A program made the translations under genes and the position numbers. Shown piece after piece: positions 1-8,202 of a stretch of 64,000 bases of DNA (positions are counted from its first letter, which is position 1; each line of letters begins with the position of its first letter). A model generated the notes under the pieces. It was given only the letters and a program-made list of their open reading frames with translations. It searched no databases and was not told where the DNA came from. Origin of the DNA: Spirochaetales bacterium (GTDB taxonomy: Bacteria > Spirochaetota > Spirochaetia > DSM-27196 > SLST01). Location: assembly GCA_046538735.1 (NCBI GenBank), contig JBKHII010000007.1, positions 15,296 to 79,295 of the forward strand, written 5' to 3'.

Positions 1-359
1 GGAACGGGATTCCCGTCTTCGTCGTCCTCATCTTCTACGGGGATGAACTCGAGATAGTTGTAACCGCGGCGAGTGAAAGCCGCCTGCACGCCGAGCACTC
101 CCGGCGTCTCAGCCTCGGGCCGGCCCATCTCTTCCGGCCACACGTCCTGTACGATCTGATACTCAAACGGATAGTCGTACTGTCCGGCACCCTCTTCCTC
201 GACAGCGAGGAACTTGCCACCGCGCACAATCCACCGACTGTCACCGTCATCGAAGTCTTCCAGGATGATGGACTGCCAGTTGGTGGTCGCCTCATCGGCG
301 ACAGCTGCCGCGGTGAGCAACACTACCAGCAATATCGAGACTACCATGCCTCGTCTCAT
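1..359 (-). CDS. Secreted protein, N-terminal part only (runs off the window edge); FlaA-like flagellar sheath protein candidate
   Basis: Manual minus-strand translation from ATG 359: MRRGMVVSILLVVLLTAAAVADE (signal peptide)...SRWIVRGGKF...GVLGVQAAFTRRGYNYLEFIP. This resembles the vLGVrv.F..gyN...i.P block of spirochete FlaA. SD AAAGGAG lies at 367-373. Absent from the ORF track because there is no stop in the window. Confidence 0.45.
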   Translation of the reverse strand, partial: MRRGMVVSILLVVLLTAAAVADEATTNWQSIILEDFDDGDSRWIVRGGKFLAVEEEGAGQYDYPFEYQIVQDVWPEEMGRPEAETPGVLGVQAAFTRRGYNYLEFIPVEDEDDEDGNPV

Positions 360-410
360 GCTCACGCTCCTTTACCTACAAAAAGCGGCAATTTCTTCCG
401 GTCTCCCCCG

Positions 411-439
411 AGTATATTTCCGGCCCTATGCAGTGTCAA
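411..439 (-). promoter_or_regulatory. Sigma70-type promoter TTGACA-N17-TATACT for the FlaA-like gene
   Basis: Minus strand: TTGACA (439-434), exact 17-nt spacer, TATACT (416-411). It sits about 50 nt upstream of ATG 359, and an SD follows. Confidence 0.55.
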
Positions 440-516
440 ACGTTTTTCCCCCAGGCAGACATTCGATACATCGGCACGCGGAGCCATAAAGTTCACGATT
501 GAAAGGAGTAAGAGGC

Positions 517-1383
517 CTACTCCGACCGCTCGTCGGAGGCAAGAACGAGCACGGACGGCACGACGACGAGCCTCGCGCCGTCGCGTGCGCCCACGGCGCT
601 CTCGCCCGCCTCTATCGCCTCCACTGCGGGCGCGAGGGCGACGCCGAACTCGTCCTGAACCGAGAACAGACCCCGCCCGTCGCGTCCGAGCGGCGCGTGC
701 CGGTATCCGAACCGCAGTTGGGTCTCGTTTCGGAGAGCCTCGTACGCCCACGTGTTTGCCGCGCCGAGCAGGAGTACGACGCAGCGCTCGTCCTCGGAGA
801 TCGCACCCTGGACCCTCGTGCGCACCTCTTCGCGCGCAGGCGGGTCTGCGAACGACTCGGTAGCGAGCGGTACTCCGGCGGTCTCCCGGTAGCCGGCAGC
901 CAGTGCTGCGGCTTCGTCCCGGGAATCGTCGCTGCTCTCGTCCACGAACACCACGACGCGCCGGGCCGGATCGCTCAACGTCCACGCTCCGAGAACGCGT
1001 CCCGCCTCGGTCATCGCGTCCGTGGAGTCGAAGATCACCCTCACAAGGTTATCCGCCTCCGGGCCGTCGTAGAAGGCGATGAAACGCCTCCCCGGGAACT
1101 GCGGCGCGATCTCGTCTGCCATGAGCGAGAGGTAGGGGCTCAGCACCACGACCGAAGCGTCGTGATCCTCGATGACGGCGCGAGCCTGAACGGCGTCCAG
1201 CGTGCGCGCATCCGGCCACGCGACCGTCGCTCGATACCCTGCCCCGGCGGCGTCCTGACGCAACCGGTCCTCGAACGAGTCCGTATCAACGGTAGCCTCG
1301 AGCGCGGGGTCACCAACGTAGAGCAGCCGGGGACCGCATCCCGTCAGTAGCGCGACAACGACGACAAACAGGAGCGGTCTCAT
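517..1383 (-). CDS. Putative lipoprotein (possibly periplasmic-binding-protein-like)
   Basis: Internal start [16 protein letters not shown] has a lipobox (LLTGC). ATG 1383 overlaps the upstream TGA (ATGA). The ORF-track N-terminal extension to 1476 is Arg-rich and unlikely to be coding. Confidence 0.7.
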   Translation of the reverse strand: MRPLLFVVVVALLTGCGPRLLYVGDPALEATVDTDSFEDRLRQDAAGAGYRATVAWPDARTLDAVQARAVIEDHDASVVVLSPYLSLMADEIAPQFPGRRFIAFYDGPEADNLVRVIFDSTDAMTEAGRVLGAWTLSDPARRVVVFVDESSDDSRDEAAALAAGYRETAGVPLATESFADPPAREEVRTRVQGAISEDERCVVLLLGAANTWAYEALRNETQLRFGYRHAPLGRDGRGLFSVQDEFGVALAPAVEAIEAGESAVGARDGARLVVVPSVLVLASDERSE

Positions 1384-2123
1384 CGGAACCGTAGCGCGCG
1401 AACTCCGCCGATGGAGAGCAGCGAGGCCGCCCACGCAACGAGGAACAACACAACGGTCGCGCTCACGGCGACCCACCAGAGGTTCATCGACGCGAGAAGC
1501 GGCACGATACCGAGCGCGAAGGGGGTCGCGGTCATGAGAAACAGATGGACGTAGCGAACCCAGTAGGTCCCGCAGCTGTAGTGATAGTAGAGCGTTGGAA
1601 CGAGCAGCACCATCGTGATGCGGAGCGCCGGAACGAGGAACAACTCGTACGCACCGTGGTACTCAGCGCGAACGAAGAGATCCAGGATACCGGCGAGGGT
1701 GAACAGCCCCGCGAAGAAGGACGACAGCGTGAGGAAACGTTCGTCCGGCGACCGACCTCGGACGTCCCGCACGAACAGGAGGTAGAGCAGAAACCCGACC
1801 GCTCCGGGAACGACGAAGTCGTACATCGCGTTGAACAGGAAGAGCCCGCCACCGCTGAAGGGCCGGACGATGAAGCGGTTCATCATCATGAGCGGCAGGA
1901 GAACGATCAGGTAGGCGAAGCCCCCCTTCAACGCCGGTATCGACGTCGTGCTCGCCGGCTGCGTGGCGAGGTCGCGAAGAACGAGCATATAGACATACGC
2001 CAGTGGGACTGCAACGATCAGGAATACGTGCACGGTGAGTCGGATAGTATCACGAAGCACGCGCACAGGCAAACCGTTGACACCTGTCATCGTGCGCGTA
2101 AGATTGCACTCCATGGATTCCAC
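1380..2123 (-). CDS. Polytopic membrane protein, unknown function
   Basis: 247-aa ORF with about 7 hydrophobic segments. Start is ambiguous: GTG 2123, ATG 2114 (GGTGGA 4 nt upstream) or ATG 2090. Confidence 0.65.
   Translation of the reverse strand: MESMECNLTRTMTGVNGLPVRVLRDTIRLTVHVFLIVAVPLAYVYMLVLRDLATQPASTTSIPALKGGFAYLIVLLPLMMMNRFIVRPFSGGGLFLFNAMYDFVVPGAVGFLLYLLFVRDVRGRSPDERFLTLSSFFAGLFTLAGILDLFVRAEYHGAYELFLVPALRITMVLLVPTLYYHYSCGTYWVRYVHLFLMTATPFALGIVPLLASMNLWWVAVSATVVLFLVAWAASLLSIGGVRALRFR
2077..2104 (+). promoter_or_regulatory. Sigma70-type promoter TTGACA-N16-TAAGAT just before the metX ATG
   Basis: TTGACA 2077-2082 and TAAGAT 2099-2104, 8 nt before ATG 2113. No SD in between. Confidence 0.4.
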
Positions 2124-3252
2124 CGGCGTGGGAATCGTACAGCCACGCGACTACGTCTTTGCCGTCCGCGGCGACGAGCCGCTCCTCCTCGAAAGCGGCC
2201 GCCGCTTCGGCCCGGTCACGGTGCGCTACGAGACGTACGGGTCGCTGAACGCCGAGCGCTCGAACGCAATACTGCTGCTCCACGCATTCAGCGGCGATTC
2301 CCACGCCGCCGGCTACCACGACGAGACCGACAAGCGACCAGGCTGGTGGGACGCCATGGTCGGCCCCGAACGCGCGTTCGACACCGACAGGTACTTCGTC
2401 ATCTGCTCGAACGTCCTCGGCGGCTGCCGGGGCACGACGGGTCCGGGTTCCACCGATCCCTCTACGGGCAAGCCGTACGGACTGAGCTTCCCCGTCGTTA
2501 CGATCGAAGACATGGTGAACGTGCAGTATCGCCTGGTGCGGCACCTCGGAATCGAGCGGCTCCTCGCCGTGGCCGGCGGGTCGATGGGGGGGATGCAAGC
2601 GCTCCAGTGGGCGGTCAGCTATCCGGACGCCGTAGCGGGGGTCATCGTCCTCGCGTCCACGGCGCGCTTGAGCGCGCAGGGAATCGCCTTCAACGCGGTG
2701 GGGCGAAACGCGATCATGAGCGACGCGCGCTGGAACAACGGGAACTACTACGGCAAGGAACCGCCGGCAAGAGGTCTCGCGATCGCGCGAATGGTCGGAC
2801 ACATTACCTATCTTTCGGACGCTTCGATGCACGAGAAGTTCGGTCGCCGACTCCAGGAACGGGATCGGTTCGGATTCGATTTCTCGGACCAGTTCGAGGT
2901 GGAGAGCTATCTCGAGTACAAGGGCGGATCGTTCGTGGACCGCTTTGACCCGAACACCTACCTCTACCTCTCCAAGGCGATCGACTACTTCGACCTGGGA
3001 GGCAAGTACGGCTCGCTCGAGCAGGCGTTCGCCCGGACCACCAGCAAGTACCTTGTGATCAGCTTTTCGTCGGACTGGCTCTATCCCTCATACCAGAGCA
3101 AGGAGATCGTCGTGGCGCTCATGCGCGAACGAAAAGACGTCAGCTACACGGAGCTCGACTGCCCCTACGGGCACGACTCGTTTCTCCTGGAAACGGAGCG
3201 ACAGAGGCCGCTCATCGCATCGTTCCTCCAGACGGTGTACGCCCATGGATAG
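2113..3252 (+). CDS. metX: Homoserine O-acetyltransferase
   Basis: [44 protein letters not shown] and the [12 protein letters not shown] nucleophile elbow. Start chosen at MDSTGVGIV. Confidence 0.9.
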   Translation: MDSTGVGIVQPRDYVFAVRGDEPLLLESGRRFGPVTVRYETYGSLNAERSNAILLLHAFSGDSHAAGYHDETDKRPGWWDAMVGPERAFDTDRYFVICSNVLGGCRGTTGPGSTDPSTGKPYGLSFPVVTIEDMVNVQYRLVRHLGIERLLAVAGGSMGGMQALQWAVSYPDAVAGVIVLASTARLSAQGIAFNAVGRNAIMSDARWNNGNYYGKEPPARGLAIARMVGHITYLSDASMHEKFGRRLQERDRFGFDFSDQFEVESYLEYKGGSFVDRFDPNTYLYLSKAIDYFDLGGKYGSLEQAFARTTSKYLVISFSSDWLYPSYQSKEIVVALMRERKDVSYTELDCPYGHDSFLLETERQRPLIASFLQTVYAHG

Positions 3253-3847
3253 GAACGCGCAGCGGTTCAGCTACGACGAGATAGCCGGGCTGGTCGAGAA
3301 CAACAGCACGGTACTCGACCTCGGCTGCGGCGACGGCGAGCTGCTCCACCGGCTGATCTCCACGCGAAACGTCAGCGGTCGCGGCGTGGAGATCGAGGAG
3401 GCGATGATTCGCGAGTGCCTTGCCAAGGGGATCAGCGTCTTCCAAGGGGACCTCGACGAGGGACTGAAGGAGTACGCGACCGGAAGCTACGACTACGTCA
3501 TTCTCAACGAAACGCTGCAGGCGCTTCACGAACCGGTGTTGCTCCTGAAGGAGATGGTGCGGGTAGGTCGACGCGCGATCGTCAACTTCCCCAACTTCGG
3601 CTACATCCTGAACCGCGCACAGCTCTTCTTCCGGGGACGTATGCCCGTCACCAAGGACATCCCCTACGAATGGTACGACACCCCGAACATCCACTTCTGT
3701 ACGCGACGCGACTTCCTCGTGCTCTGCCGCGACCTTGCGATACCGGTACTCGCAACGATCGATCTCGGACACGATCGTCGGGTTCCTCGATTCCTCGCAA
3801 ATCTCTTTGCCACCGAGTGTTGCTTCATGCTGAAGGGCTCCGAATAG
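3245..3847 (+). CDS. metW: Methionine biosynthesis protein MetW
   Basis: [15 protein letters not shown]-fold motif plus FPNFGY...[11 protein letters not shown], typical of MetW. Overlaps metX by 8 nt. Confidence 0.9.
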   Translation: MDRNAQRFSYDEIAGLVENNSTVLDLGCGDGELLHRLISTRNVSGRGVEIEEAMIRECLAKGISVFQGDLDEGLKEYATGSYDYVILNETLQALHEPVLLLKEMVRVGRRAIVNFPNFGYILNRAQLFFRGRMPVTKDIPYEWYDTPNIHFCTRRDFLVLCRDLAIPVLATIDLGHDRRVPRFLANLFATECCFMLKGSE

Positions 3848-3860
3848 TCGCCCCGTCCGT

Positions 3861-3889
3861 TTGACTCTACCCCGGCGGAATGGTATTGT
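3861..3889 (+). promoter_or_regulatory. Sigma70-type promoter TTGACT-N17-TATTGT for infC-rpmI-rplT
   Basis: TTGACT 3861-3866, 17-nt spacer, TATTGT 3884-3889. About 38 nt upstream of the infC start, and SD AAGGGGG follows. Confidence 0.5.
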
Positions 3890-3927
3890 GTATGCTCACT
3901 GAAGTTGAGAGCCTGTAAGGGGGTTGA

Positions 3928-4449
3928 TTGGCTACAAAGGACTTACGTGTCAACGACATGATCCGGGTGCGGGAGGTGCGCCTGGTAGATGAGGACAACA
4001 ACCAGGTCGGCATCGTGCCGACGCTCGAAGCCAGGAAGATGGCCCAGGAGAAGGGGGTTGACCTCGTGGAGATCGCGCCGAACGCGAACCCACCGGTCTG
4101 TCGTTTGCTGGACTATGGCAAGTACAAGTTCGACCTGGAGAAGAAGAACAGGGAGAACAAGAAGAAGCAGAAGCAGCAGGAACTGAAGGAGATTCGGATG
4201 CAACCCAAGATCGACACGCACGATCTTGAGTTCAAGACGAAGCACGTTGCCGAGTTCCTGGACAAGGGTGCCAAAGTCAAGGTCACCATCCGCTTCCGAG
4301 GGCGCGAGCTCGCCCATACCGAACGCGGCAGAGTTGTCCTTGGCAAGGTTCTCGAGATGCTCGATCGCGACGTGACCGTCGATCGCCACCCGGCGATGGA
4401 GGGCAGATTCATGTCGATGATCATCAGTCCGAAGTCCAAGAAGAGCTGA
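3928..4449 (+). CDS. infC: Translation initiation factor IF-3 (UUG start)
   Basis: [24 protein letters not shown]...GVDLVEI...[15 protein letters not shown] 3928 is the only in-frame start upstream of the conserved N-terminus. Confidence 0.95.
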   Translation: MATKDLRVNDMIRVREVRLVDEDNNQVGIVPTLEARKMAQEKGVDLVEIAPNANPPVCRLLDYGKYKFDLEKKNRENKKKQKQQELKEIRMQPKIDTHDLEFKTKHVAEFLDKGAKVKVTIRFRGRELAHTERGRVVLGKVLEMLDRDVTVDRHPAMEGRFMSMIISPKSKKS

Positions 4450-4480
4450 TGTAACCCACCGCAGCACCACGGAGAGCGAT

Positions 4481-4678
4481 ATGCCGAAAATGAAGACTCG
4501 TCGGAGCGCCGCGAAGCGCTACAAGAAGACCGCAAGCGGCAAGATCAAGTACAAGAAGCAGGGCCTGCGCCACATCCTGACGAAGAAGTCGGCGAAGCGC
4601 AAGCGCAAGCTCCGGAAGGCGGGGATCCTCAGCCACGCCGAGGAGAAGCGCGCCAAGGTTCTCCTGCCCTACGACTGA
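4481..4678 (+). CDS. rpmI: 50S ribosomal protein L35
   Basis: [33 protein letters not shown], 65 aa. Confidence 0.95.
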   Translation: MPKMKTRRSAAKRYKKTASGKIKYKKQGLRHILTKKSAKRKRKLRKAGILSHAEEKRAKVLLPYD

Positions 4679-4709
4679 GAATCGCGAAGATTAGCTAAGG
4701 AGTCAGACG

Positions 4710-5066
4710 ATGCCACGCGCAGTTGACGGCACCAGAAGAAAGGACCGCAGAAAAAAGATCCTCAAGCAGGCGAAAGGCTATTGGGGACGGAGGAGTAAGC
4801 TCTTCCGAACGGCGAAGGACGCCGTCGCGAAGAGCCATTCGTACGCCTACCGTGACCGCAAGGCAAAGAAGCGAGAATTCCGCGCTCTTTGGATCACGCG
4901 GATCTCCGCCGGATGTCGCGCCGAAGGAGTGTCGTACAGCCGATTCATCAACGGGCTCAAACGAGCGAATGTTCAGATGAACCGGAAGGCGCTCTCCAAC
5001 CTGGCAATCGAAGACCGCGACGCATTCCGAGAGCTCGTCGCACGAGCGAAGAGCGCCCTCGAATAG
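4710..5066 (+). CDS. rplT: 50S ribosomal protein L20
   Basis: MPRAVDGTRRKDRRKKILKQAKGYWGRR...RDRKAKKREFRALWITRI. Confidence 0.95.
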   Translation: MPRAVDGTRRKDRRKKILKQAKGYWGRRSKLFRTAKDAVAKSHSYAYRDRKAKKREFRALWITRISAGCRAEGVSYSRFINGLKRANVQMNRKALSNLAIEDRDAFRELVARAKSALE

Positions 5067-5069
5067 CAG

Positions 5070-5525
5070 ATGATCAGCCTCGAGCAAATCCGGAACCTTG
5101 AAAGCAAGGTCCACACGGCCGTGTCCCGGATCAAGACGCTTTCCGAGGAGAATGCGACACTGAAGCAACGGCTCGAGAGCTACGAGGCGAGGATCACCGA
5201 GCTTCAGACGCTCGTGTCCGCCTTCAAGGCGGACCAGGACGAGATCGAGGCGGGAATCGTTTCGGCGCTCAAGCACCTTGACGAGCTTGAGGACTCCGTC
5301 GGCGAGTCTGCGGAGAGGGAACCGGCCCGGTCGAGCGTGGACGCGACACCCGTCTCGGAACCGGAGCAGGACTCCGTCAACGACGCGGAGGGCGTGAAGA
5401 GTGGTACCGGTGCGCCCGCGCGGAACGTTGCGCCCGAGGGCGAAACGGAGTCGGGGAATGACCCGTCGGAAAGGTCCGACGACGAGGAGCCGGAGGACGA
5501 GGACCCGGAGCTCGACATATTCTAA
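5070..5525 (+). CDS. ZapB-like coiled-coil protein with acidic tail
   Basis: MISLEQIRNLESKVHTAVSRIKTLSEENATLKQRL mirrors the E. coli ZapB N-terminus pattern (SLE..f..LE.KV..A...I..L..E...LK). Stop lies 2 nt before zapA. Confidence 0.6.
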   Translation: MISLEQIRNLESKVHTAVSRIKTLSEENATLKQRLESYEARITELQTLVSAFKADQDEIEAGIVSALKHLDELEDSVGESAEREPARSSVDATPVSEPEQDSVNDAEGVKSGTGAPARNVAPEGETESGNDPSERSDDEEPEDEDPELDIF

Positions 5526-5527
5526 CG

Positions 5528-5827
5528 ATGCAAATCGACCTTCTGGGCACGTCATTCACCGTACGCACGGATGAAGACCCGGAGTACTTCCGCGAGGTCG
5601 TGGCGCACTTTCGCACCAAAATCGCCGAGATCCAGCAAGCGGTCTCCACGACCGACCCTCTGAAGGTTGCGATCCTCGCCGGCATCCTTGCGGCGGACGA
5701 CTACATGAAGGCGACCGGCGCCCACCGCCGCGAGGACTCAGAGGCACGACGAATCACCGATGAGTTGATTTCCGAGCTCACCAATGCGCTGGACGAACAA
5801 AGCGGAGATGCTCGTGAACCTCAGTAG
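5528..5827 (+). CDS. zapA: Cell division protein ZapA
   Basis: MQIDLLGTSFTVRTDEDPEYFREVVAHFRTKIAEIQ, 99 aa, typical ZapA pattern. Confidence 0.8.
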   Translation: MQIDLLGTSFTVRTDEDPEYFREVVAHFRTKIAEIQQAVSTTDPLKVAILAGILAADDYMKATGAHRREDSEARRITDELISELTNALDEQSGDAREPQ

Positions 5828-5834
5828 GTTCCGG

Positions 5835-6239
5835 TCAACGTGAAGGATAGCGCCGAAGCCGGTCGTACACGAGGCGCCTGATCTCCGGATCCACCTGCAC
5901 CGACTCACGCTTGAACTCCTGCGCTACAGCACGTGCATCGAATACCCCATCCTGCACGAGGATCGGCGTCTGTTTCGTGCCGGATTCCCTGCCCGATTCG
6001 CCGTCGTCCACCTTCGCGTGCGTGTACATGCCGTCCGAGAACCACGTCACCGCGTGCTGATCTCCCAACTTGCCGTAGCACAACTGAAAGCCGCGGATCG
6101 TGTCCTCAGAGGAGTACCAGACGATCAGATCCATGTCCTCGTCCGTGAACCAGCGGCGCTTCCCTTCCTCGGGCCGTTGGCGAACTCCTCTCCACTCGCG
6201 TAACACGACTCCTCCTGAACACGACCCGGTCGTTCCCAC
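5835..6239 (-). CDS. Hypothetical protein (orphan, Trp-rich)
   Basis: 134-aa ORF with protein-like composition (WFTDEDMDLIVWYSSEDTIRGFQLCYGKLGDQHAVTWF). GTG 6239, or GTG 6206 preceded by AGGAGGA. Confidence 0.6.
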   Translation of the reverse strand: MGTTGSCSGGVVLREWRGVRQRPEEGKRRWFTDEDMDLIVWYSSEDTIRGFQLCYGKLGDQHAVTWFSDGMYTHAKVDDGESGRESGTKQTPILVQDGVFDARAVAQEFKRESVQVDPEIRRLVYDRLRRYPSR

Positions 6240-6267
6240 ACCAAGAATACCGCACGAGTGACAGGAT

Positions 6268-6334
6268 CGTCACGATCCCGTCACGATCCCGTCACGATCC
6301 CGTCACGATCCCGTCACGCCCTCCGTCACGATAT
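6268..6334. repeat. 11-bp direct tandem repeat CGTCACGATCC, 4 exact plus 2 degenerate copies
   Basis: Exact copies at 6268-6278, 6279-6289, 6290-6300 and 6301-6311. Degenerate copies at 6312-6322 and 6324-6334. GTGAC at 6258-6262 is the inverse of the GTCAC core. Confidence 0.95.
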
Positions 6335-7360
6335 CGCGGCCTCCGTGAGCGCGGCTCGAACTCGTTCTCCGTCCACTGCATCGAAGTTGCATCCGTCCAC
6401 GGATACGATCGCCGCGGCTATGATGTTCGCGACCTGCGCGCACCGGCGCGCCTCGAGGCGCTGAGCGACTCCGAACAGATATCCGGAAGCGAAGGCGTCG
6501 CCGGCGCCGGTGGTATCGGCACGCTCTGCCGGGTGCGGATCCGCCGCGATGATCTCTTCCTTCTCGGCAACGATGCATCCCCGAGGCCCAACCTTCATCA
6601 CCACGGTCGGCGCAAGGTGGGCGGCGGCACGCAGAACGGCCACGTCGTCGCCACGTTCCCCGGTGAGCGCGCGCAACTCCTGTTCGTTGGCAAAGAGCAG
6701 ATCCACGTTTCCGGGAATCCAATCGACGAGCGACTCGTGGTACCGCTCCACGACGAATGGATCGGCAACATCGAAGGAGACGAGCGTATGCGCGCTCCTG
6801 GCAACGCGGACGGCCTGACGCACCGCGTCCTCCTGGCCCGGCGAATCCCACATGTAGCCGGTCGTGTGAAACACACGAGCGTTTCGCACGCGTTCCATGT
6901 CGATGTCCGTGGCGACCAGTTCGCGGCACGCGCCGAGATAAGTGAACATGGTTCGCTGCGAGTCCGGAGTCACAAGGATGACGGACGTTCCGGACGGGGT
7001 ATGCTTGCGCGCCAGACGGGGCTCCACTCCCTCGGTATCGAGAAGCGTTTCGAACCGATCTCCGTTTGAATCGCTGCCAACGGCACCGGTATAGGTCACT
7101 TCGGCGTTGGAGCCGACGTTCCGCATCAACCACCTCGCGCCCCGCACCGTGTTCGCGCAACTGCCTCCCGGCAGCCTCCTCACGACGCTGCCCGATCGGA
7201 GCGCCCGTTGCTGCTGATCGTAGTCGACCAGGTTCATGCTCCCGGGAACGACACCGAGCCGTTCGACCGCTTCGTGCGTCGCGCGCACGATGATGTCCAT
7301 CAGCGGATTGCCTACTCCGTACAGCACCGGCTTCCTCTCAGTTGACAATGGGTGGCGCAT
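6326..7360 (-). CDS. PfkB-family carbohydrate/nucleoside kinase (adenosine kinase-like)
   Basis: VLYGVGNPLMDII N-terminus and C-terminal TTGAGDAFASGYLFG motif. Start uncertain (ATG 7360 or GTG 7327). Confidence 0.8.
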   Translation of the reverse strand: MRHPLSTERKPVLYGVGNPLMDIIVRATHEAVERLGVVPGSMNLVDYDQQQRALRSGSVVRRLPGGSCANTVRGARWLMRNVGSNAEVTYTGAVGSDSNGDRFETLLDTEGVEPRLARKHTPSGTSVILVTPDSQRTMFTYLGACRELVATDIDMERVRNARVFHTTGYMWDSPGQEDAVRQAVRVARSAHTLVSFDVADPFVVERYHESLVDWIPGNVDLLFANEQELRALTGERGDDVAVLRAAAHLAPTVVMKVGPRGCIVAEKEEIIAADPHPAERADTTGAGDAFASGYLFGVAQRLEARRCAQVANIIAAAIVSVDGCNFDAVDGERVRAALTEAAIS

Positions 7361-7370
7361 TTCCTACTAT
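7342..7370 (+). promoter_or_regulatory. Sigma70-type promoter TTGACA-N17-TACTAT for the PilZ-TPR operon
   Basis: TTGACA 7342-7347, 17-nt spacer, TACTAT 7365-7370. Only 13 nt to ATG 7384 and no SD. Lies inside the 5' end of the divergent kinase ORF. Confidence 0.5.
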
Positions 7371-7383
7371 TCGATTCGCCGCG

Positions 7384-8202
7384 ATGCCCGTCACAACCAG
7401 TCAGCAGATAACACGCTACTTCAACCAGTTCTCGCAGGCAGAAGTGACGTTCACGCGGGAAGTAGTACACACGCTTCTGTTGAACACGAAACACGTGCAT
7501 CTGAAGTGCATGGGATCGCACTGGCCATGCATCATCTATGCCGCTTCGATGACAACGGCAAAGATTATAGCAAACCTCAAGAGCGGCCTCAACGAATGCC
7601 TGCGAAACGCCAACAACGTCGTCCAACTCCGTTTCAGCTTCGCTGAGCCCGACAAGCCCGATCCCATCACCTTCTTCATCCCCGCCCGGGTCGTGGCGAG
7701 CCAGCCGTACGGTGAGAAGACCCCGGACCTTTTCTTTGCAAGCCTCGAGTACACTCAACGCCCGCCGGACGATCTCATTCAGATTCTCGGGCAGTTCCTG
7801 GAGGCGAACGTCAACGCAAAGCGACGCAGAGAGGAACGGATCCCTCTCTCGCCGCACAGCATCAGGCAGCTGGGGTTGGTGGTGGACGCGTGCGGCGTCT
7901 CGGTAGACGGCGTACCCCGCAACACGATCATCCGCGATCTGTCGTTCTCGGGGTGCAAGGCGATACTCGCCGGCATCGCGAAGATGCTCGTGAGCAAACC
8001 GGTCGTCGTTCGTCTTGTATTCAACGACCCGGAGCAGGCGTTTCAGATTCCCGGCGTCATCTGCAGGTACGACCCCGTAGAGGGGCACGAGGAGATCGCC
8101 GCTTTCGGTATCCAATTCGCGGAAGACAAGGTCCCCATGGCCTACAAGATGAGGATCAACTCCGCGCTCAAGCTCTTCCGGTCAAAAAGCGCAGACACGT
8201 AA
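7384..8202 (+). CDS. c-di-GMP receptor, PlzA-like (N-terminal xPilZ/PilZN3-like domain plus PilZ domain)
   Basis: RRREERIPL fits RxxxR and IRDLSFSGCKAI fits D/NxSxxG. The N-terminal block HLKCMGSHWPCIIYAASMTTAKII resembles Borrelia PlzA. Confidence 0.75.
   Translation: MPVTTSQQITRYFNQFSQAEVTFTREVVHTLLLNTKHVHLKCMGSHWPCIIYAASMTTAKIIANLKSGLNECLRNANNVVQLRFSFAEPDKPDPITFFIPARVVASQPYGEKTPDLFFASLEYTQRPPDDLIQILGQFLEANVNAKRRREERIPLSPHSIRQLGLVVDACGVSVDGVPRNTIIRDLSFSGCKAILAGIAKMLVSKPVVVRLVFNDPEQAFQIPGVICRYDPVEGHEEIAAFGIQFAEDKVPMAYKMRINSALKLFRSKSADT

Noticed and set aside
517-1476. N-terminal extensions proposed by the longest-ORF track (517-1476, 10741-11640, 24821-25852, 36556-39405, 19729-21630, 17761-18087, 57065-57382, 2035-3252, 31054-32361)
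   Set aside because: The extensions are Arg-rich or overlap the upstream gene. Internal starts give canonical N-termini (lipobox, [32 protein letters not shown] and others), often with an SD or a stop/start overlap.
6268-6334. Tandem repeats as a possible CRISPR array (also 50363-50488)
   Set aside because: The repeats are directly adjacent with no spacers, and the units are only 11 and 18 bp. There are no cas genes. The second array is an in-frame coding repeat.
6258-6464. 68-aa plus-strand ORF running through the 11-bp tandem repeat
   Set aside because: Its sequence (SRSRHDPVTIPSRSRH...) is simply the translated repeat. It also overlaps the 3' end of the kinase gene on the other strand.
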